In this document: positions 61,805 to 64,000 of the stretch, piece by piece
Layout of the letters: each line of letters starts with the position of its first letter
How positions within the stretch are numbered: the first letter of the stretch is position 1
DNA from: Gammaproteobacteria bacterium
GTDB taxonomy: Bacteria; Pseudomonadota; Gammaproteobacteria; Eutrophobiales; Eutrophobiaceae
Direction of reading: 5' to 3'
Assembly (NCBI GenBank): GCA_963422205.2
Contig: CAXMWX010000005.1
Coordinates: forward strand, 320,001-384,000
Length of the DNA stretch: 64,000 nt
The notes under the pieces: generated by a model
The model's database searches: none
Seen by the model: only the letters and a program-made list of their open reading frames with translations
Told to the model about the DNA's origin: nothing
Position numbers and translations under genes: made by a program

Positions 61805-62841
61805 GACACATCCTCATCGTGTACTTCACCCTGGCTGTGTTGCCAACACCACTAAGCGCCGCCCCCTGCTGCCCGGCGGAGATCAGTGCTACCCGAAGTG
61901 TGGCCTCGGCAGTGACCACCATGAACCAATCCTTGGTGGCGACATTGAAGGTGCTTGGTCAAGCCGTCACCCAGCAACTGGTGGCAAACAATCACAGCCA
62001 GTTGACGGCCATCCAGACCCAGACCAAGGTGTTTGAGCAGATCATGAAGACCCATGCGGCGACCCTGGCCAGCCAGCAGGCACAACGGGATTTTGGCACT
62101 GCTGGTGAGATTACCGTGAATGGCAGGCAGGTGATTCTCTCCTCCCGCTCGCCCACACTGTGTGATGAGCTGGCGGCGGCGCGCCGGGCAGGCATGAGTG
62201 CAGAGAAGATAGCCGAACTCAACGCACTGTTGCTGGCCGATCAAGCGGCACACAATCGTGATGTGGTGAGTATGAATGAGACGGCTGAACGTATGAGACG
62301 CACTGAGACGAGCAGTTTTGATGCCACCTGGCTGGGCTTGGATAGCTTGACTGAGGCCGAGGTGCTGGCGGCTAATGAGCAGATCAAGTACCTGACCAAT
62401 CCCCTACCATTGCCCGCTTTGGCAGACGATGCCAGGGCCACACCAGCCGGTGGGGATTACATGGAGCAACGTTCGCTGATCAACAGCCGTATTGAAGTCA
62501 CGCAGGCGGCTTTGAGTGAGAATCTGGCGATGCGCGCACCCGTGCTTGAGGATGGCGAAGGCAAGCGAAGTCGCCTGTCGGAGATGCAGCGGCGGGTTGA
62601 CAGTACGATTGATGATGTGGGCGATACTGCCTGGCTTAAACGTATAGAGCAGAAAGGTATAGCGGCCTTGTTAAGGGAGTTAAATATCACGGCAGCACAC
62701 CTGTACAAACTGAACCTGTCGCAATATCGGATGGACTTACAGCGCAATAACCTGCTGGCGGTGTTGGCATCGCATCATAACAAAGGACAGGCCGATGCCG
62801 TCTATAACGAATACCAGCACACCTTATACGATGACAAATGA
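61801..62841 (+). CDS. exported helical conjugation protein, possibly TraW-like
   Basis: signal peptide, APCC, YLTNPLP, LLRELN; ATGA-coupled to the previous gene. Confidence 0.5.
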   Translation: MRHILIVYFTLAVLPTPLSAAPCCPAEISATRSVASAVTTMNQSLVATLKVLGQAVTQQLVANNHSQLTAIQTQTKVFEQIMKTHAATLASQQAQRDFGTAGEITVNGRQVILSSRSPTLCDELAAARRAGMSAEKIAELNALLLADQAAHNRDVVSMNETAERMRRTETSSFDATWLGLDSLTEAEVLAANEQIKYLTNPLPLPALADDARATPAGGDYMEQRSLINSRIEVTQAALSENLAMRAPVLEDGEGKRSRLSEMQRRVDSTIDDVGDTAWLKRIEQKGIAALLRELNITAAHLYKLNLSQYRMDLQRNNLLAVLASHHNKGQADAVYNEYQHTLYDDK

Positions 62842-62854
62842 TGAGGAGATTACC

Positions 62855-63583
62855 ATGAGTATACTATGTGACCTTGAGCCAGCAGATGACTCATACGCAC
62901 ATCTCAGCGAGGGTGATCCTGCCATCCTTGAACTGATTGATGATCTGAATGATGAGGTGGATGCCGACGGTGCAGAGCGGGTCTCAGACGTTGACCCGAA
63001 GTCCAGGCAAGTCAGCGATGAGGCGGCACGTGCTGCTGTCGCTGCCACACCGAAGCCGACATTCAGTCAGGCAGTGGTCGGGCTGGGGATACTGCCTTTT
63101 TATATGGTGGCGATGATGAGAACGCTGACCCGGGAGAAGCTAATGCGTTGGCGGGAGAACCGGACGCTCAGCGCGATGCTGGAGGTCGGCCAGCGTACCG
63201 AGACACTGGATAAACAGCTGGATGCGCTTGGCACGGCCAGTAATGACAAGGACAAATCGGCGAGGTTAGATCAGATCATGCGAACGATTGATCTGATCGG
63301 TGCGGCCTCGTATCGCACCACGGCCTATTGTGGTCGGTCGGGCAATGCGGCGTTTTTAAGGCAGTTCAGGGTGACTATCAGTGACACCCTGAAAAGCCGC
63401 GCTGATATGTTGGCGGGTGTAGCGCATCGAGAGGTCGCTATGCCGGAGTATCTTGACCGGCAACTCAACGCCATTGTGGAGCGCATTGATATGATGTTGG
63501 CTGCCATGTCCTCGCCTGACTCAAATCGCCGTGCTGATCAACATGCAGGGCAGGTGGTCAGCCTATCGCCTACGGCGGCATGA
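62855..63583 (+). CDS. hypothetical protein
   Basis: GAGGAG RBS, acidic N-terminus, central hydrophobic stretch. Confidence 0.6.
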   Translation: MSILCDLEPADDSYAHLSEGDPAILELIDDLNDEVDADGAERVSDVDPKSRQVSDEAARAAVAATPKPTFSQAVVGLGILPFYMVAMMRTLTREKLMRWRENRTLSAMLEVGQRTETLDKQLDALGTASNDKDKSARLDQIMRTIDLIGAASYRTTAYCGRSGNAAFLRQFRVTISDTLKSRADMLAGVAHREVAMPEYLDRQLNAIVERIDMMLAAMSSPDSNRRADQHAGQVVSLSPTAA

Positions 63584-64000
63584 GTCCTGTTCGGGATATG
63601 AGCAAGCCGTCCCCCCTGTTTGTGATCGAGGCACCCGGCAAGGTCAGGGTGCTACGCCGGTCATTGAGAAAACTGGGTATGCATGCTGAGGTGGTATGCA
63701 CCAAGGGGCATTTTGTGGCCTTTCCTGAGCGGTTGCGGCCACTGGGGATTACCTCTGATTATCAGCCCATCGGTTTACGTGCCAATCCTGCGGTGGTCAG
63801 GCGGCTGCAAGCGCTGGCCAGAGATGCTGATGTTTTTATTGCCACGGATGACGATCAGGAAGGTCATCGGATTGCTGTGGATGTGTATCAGCATATCAAG
63901 GCCATTGCCCGGCGCACGGTACGCCTGCCGCTGCGCGACATCAGTATGGATGGTGTGAGGCAGGTGCTTGAGCGGGCGGCGCCAGTGGCGGTTCATACGG
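63580..64000 (+). CDS. type IA DNA topoisomerase, Toprim domain (runs off the window)
   Basis: LFVIEAPGK, TKGH, VFIATDDDQEG; absent from the ORF track because it is truncated. Confidence 0.85.
   Translation, partial: MSPVRDMSKPSPLFVIEAPGKVRVLRRSLRKLGMHAEVVCTKGHFVAFPERLRPLGITSDYQPIGLRANPAVVRRLQALARDADVFIATDDDQEGHRIAVDVYQHIKAIARRTVRLPLRDISMDGVRQVLERAAPVAVHT

Overview
GC-rich gammaproteobacterial chromosome segment, probably a marine or host-associated methylotroph (inference from mtdA/fch, TonB receptors, an adhesin and DUF1640/Uma2 genes). Left to right: (1) PQQ/cytochrome c dehydrogenase, a choline locus (BCCT, betA, TonB receptor, betI), and an S1/P1 nuclease paired with a TonB receptor; (2) tRNA-Arg, recA, recX, alaS; (3) a ~17 kb accessory region ending at a tRNA Pro-Arg-His-Lys cluster. 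It holds nested REP-like hairpins, a frameshifted RTX-repeat autotransporter, tandem DUF1640-like genes, an AT-rich cassette bounded by 23-bp inverted repeats next to a Y1-transposase relic, two inverted IS481-like relics, and a decaying lipid/steroid-type catabolic cluster; (4) housekeeping genes cysS, ppiB, lpxH, ampE, ampD, egtC, egtB, nadC; (5) a C1/lanthanide-like cluster: fch, mtdA, Sel1-SPOR protein, two unknown tandem paralogs, a LutH/LanA-like TonB receptor with an acidic insert, and a lanpepsy-like PepSY protein; (6) from a tRNA 3'-end att relic at 53597, a DotA/TraY-type integrative conjugative element in which two unrelated proteins end in the same GPGM tail. All family calls come from motif recognition by eye; no database search was run.
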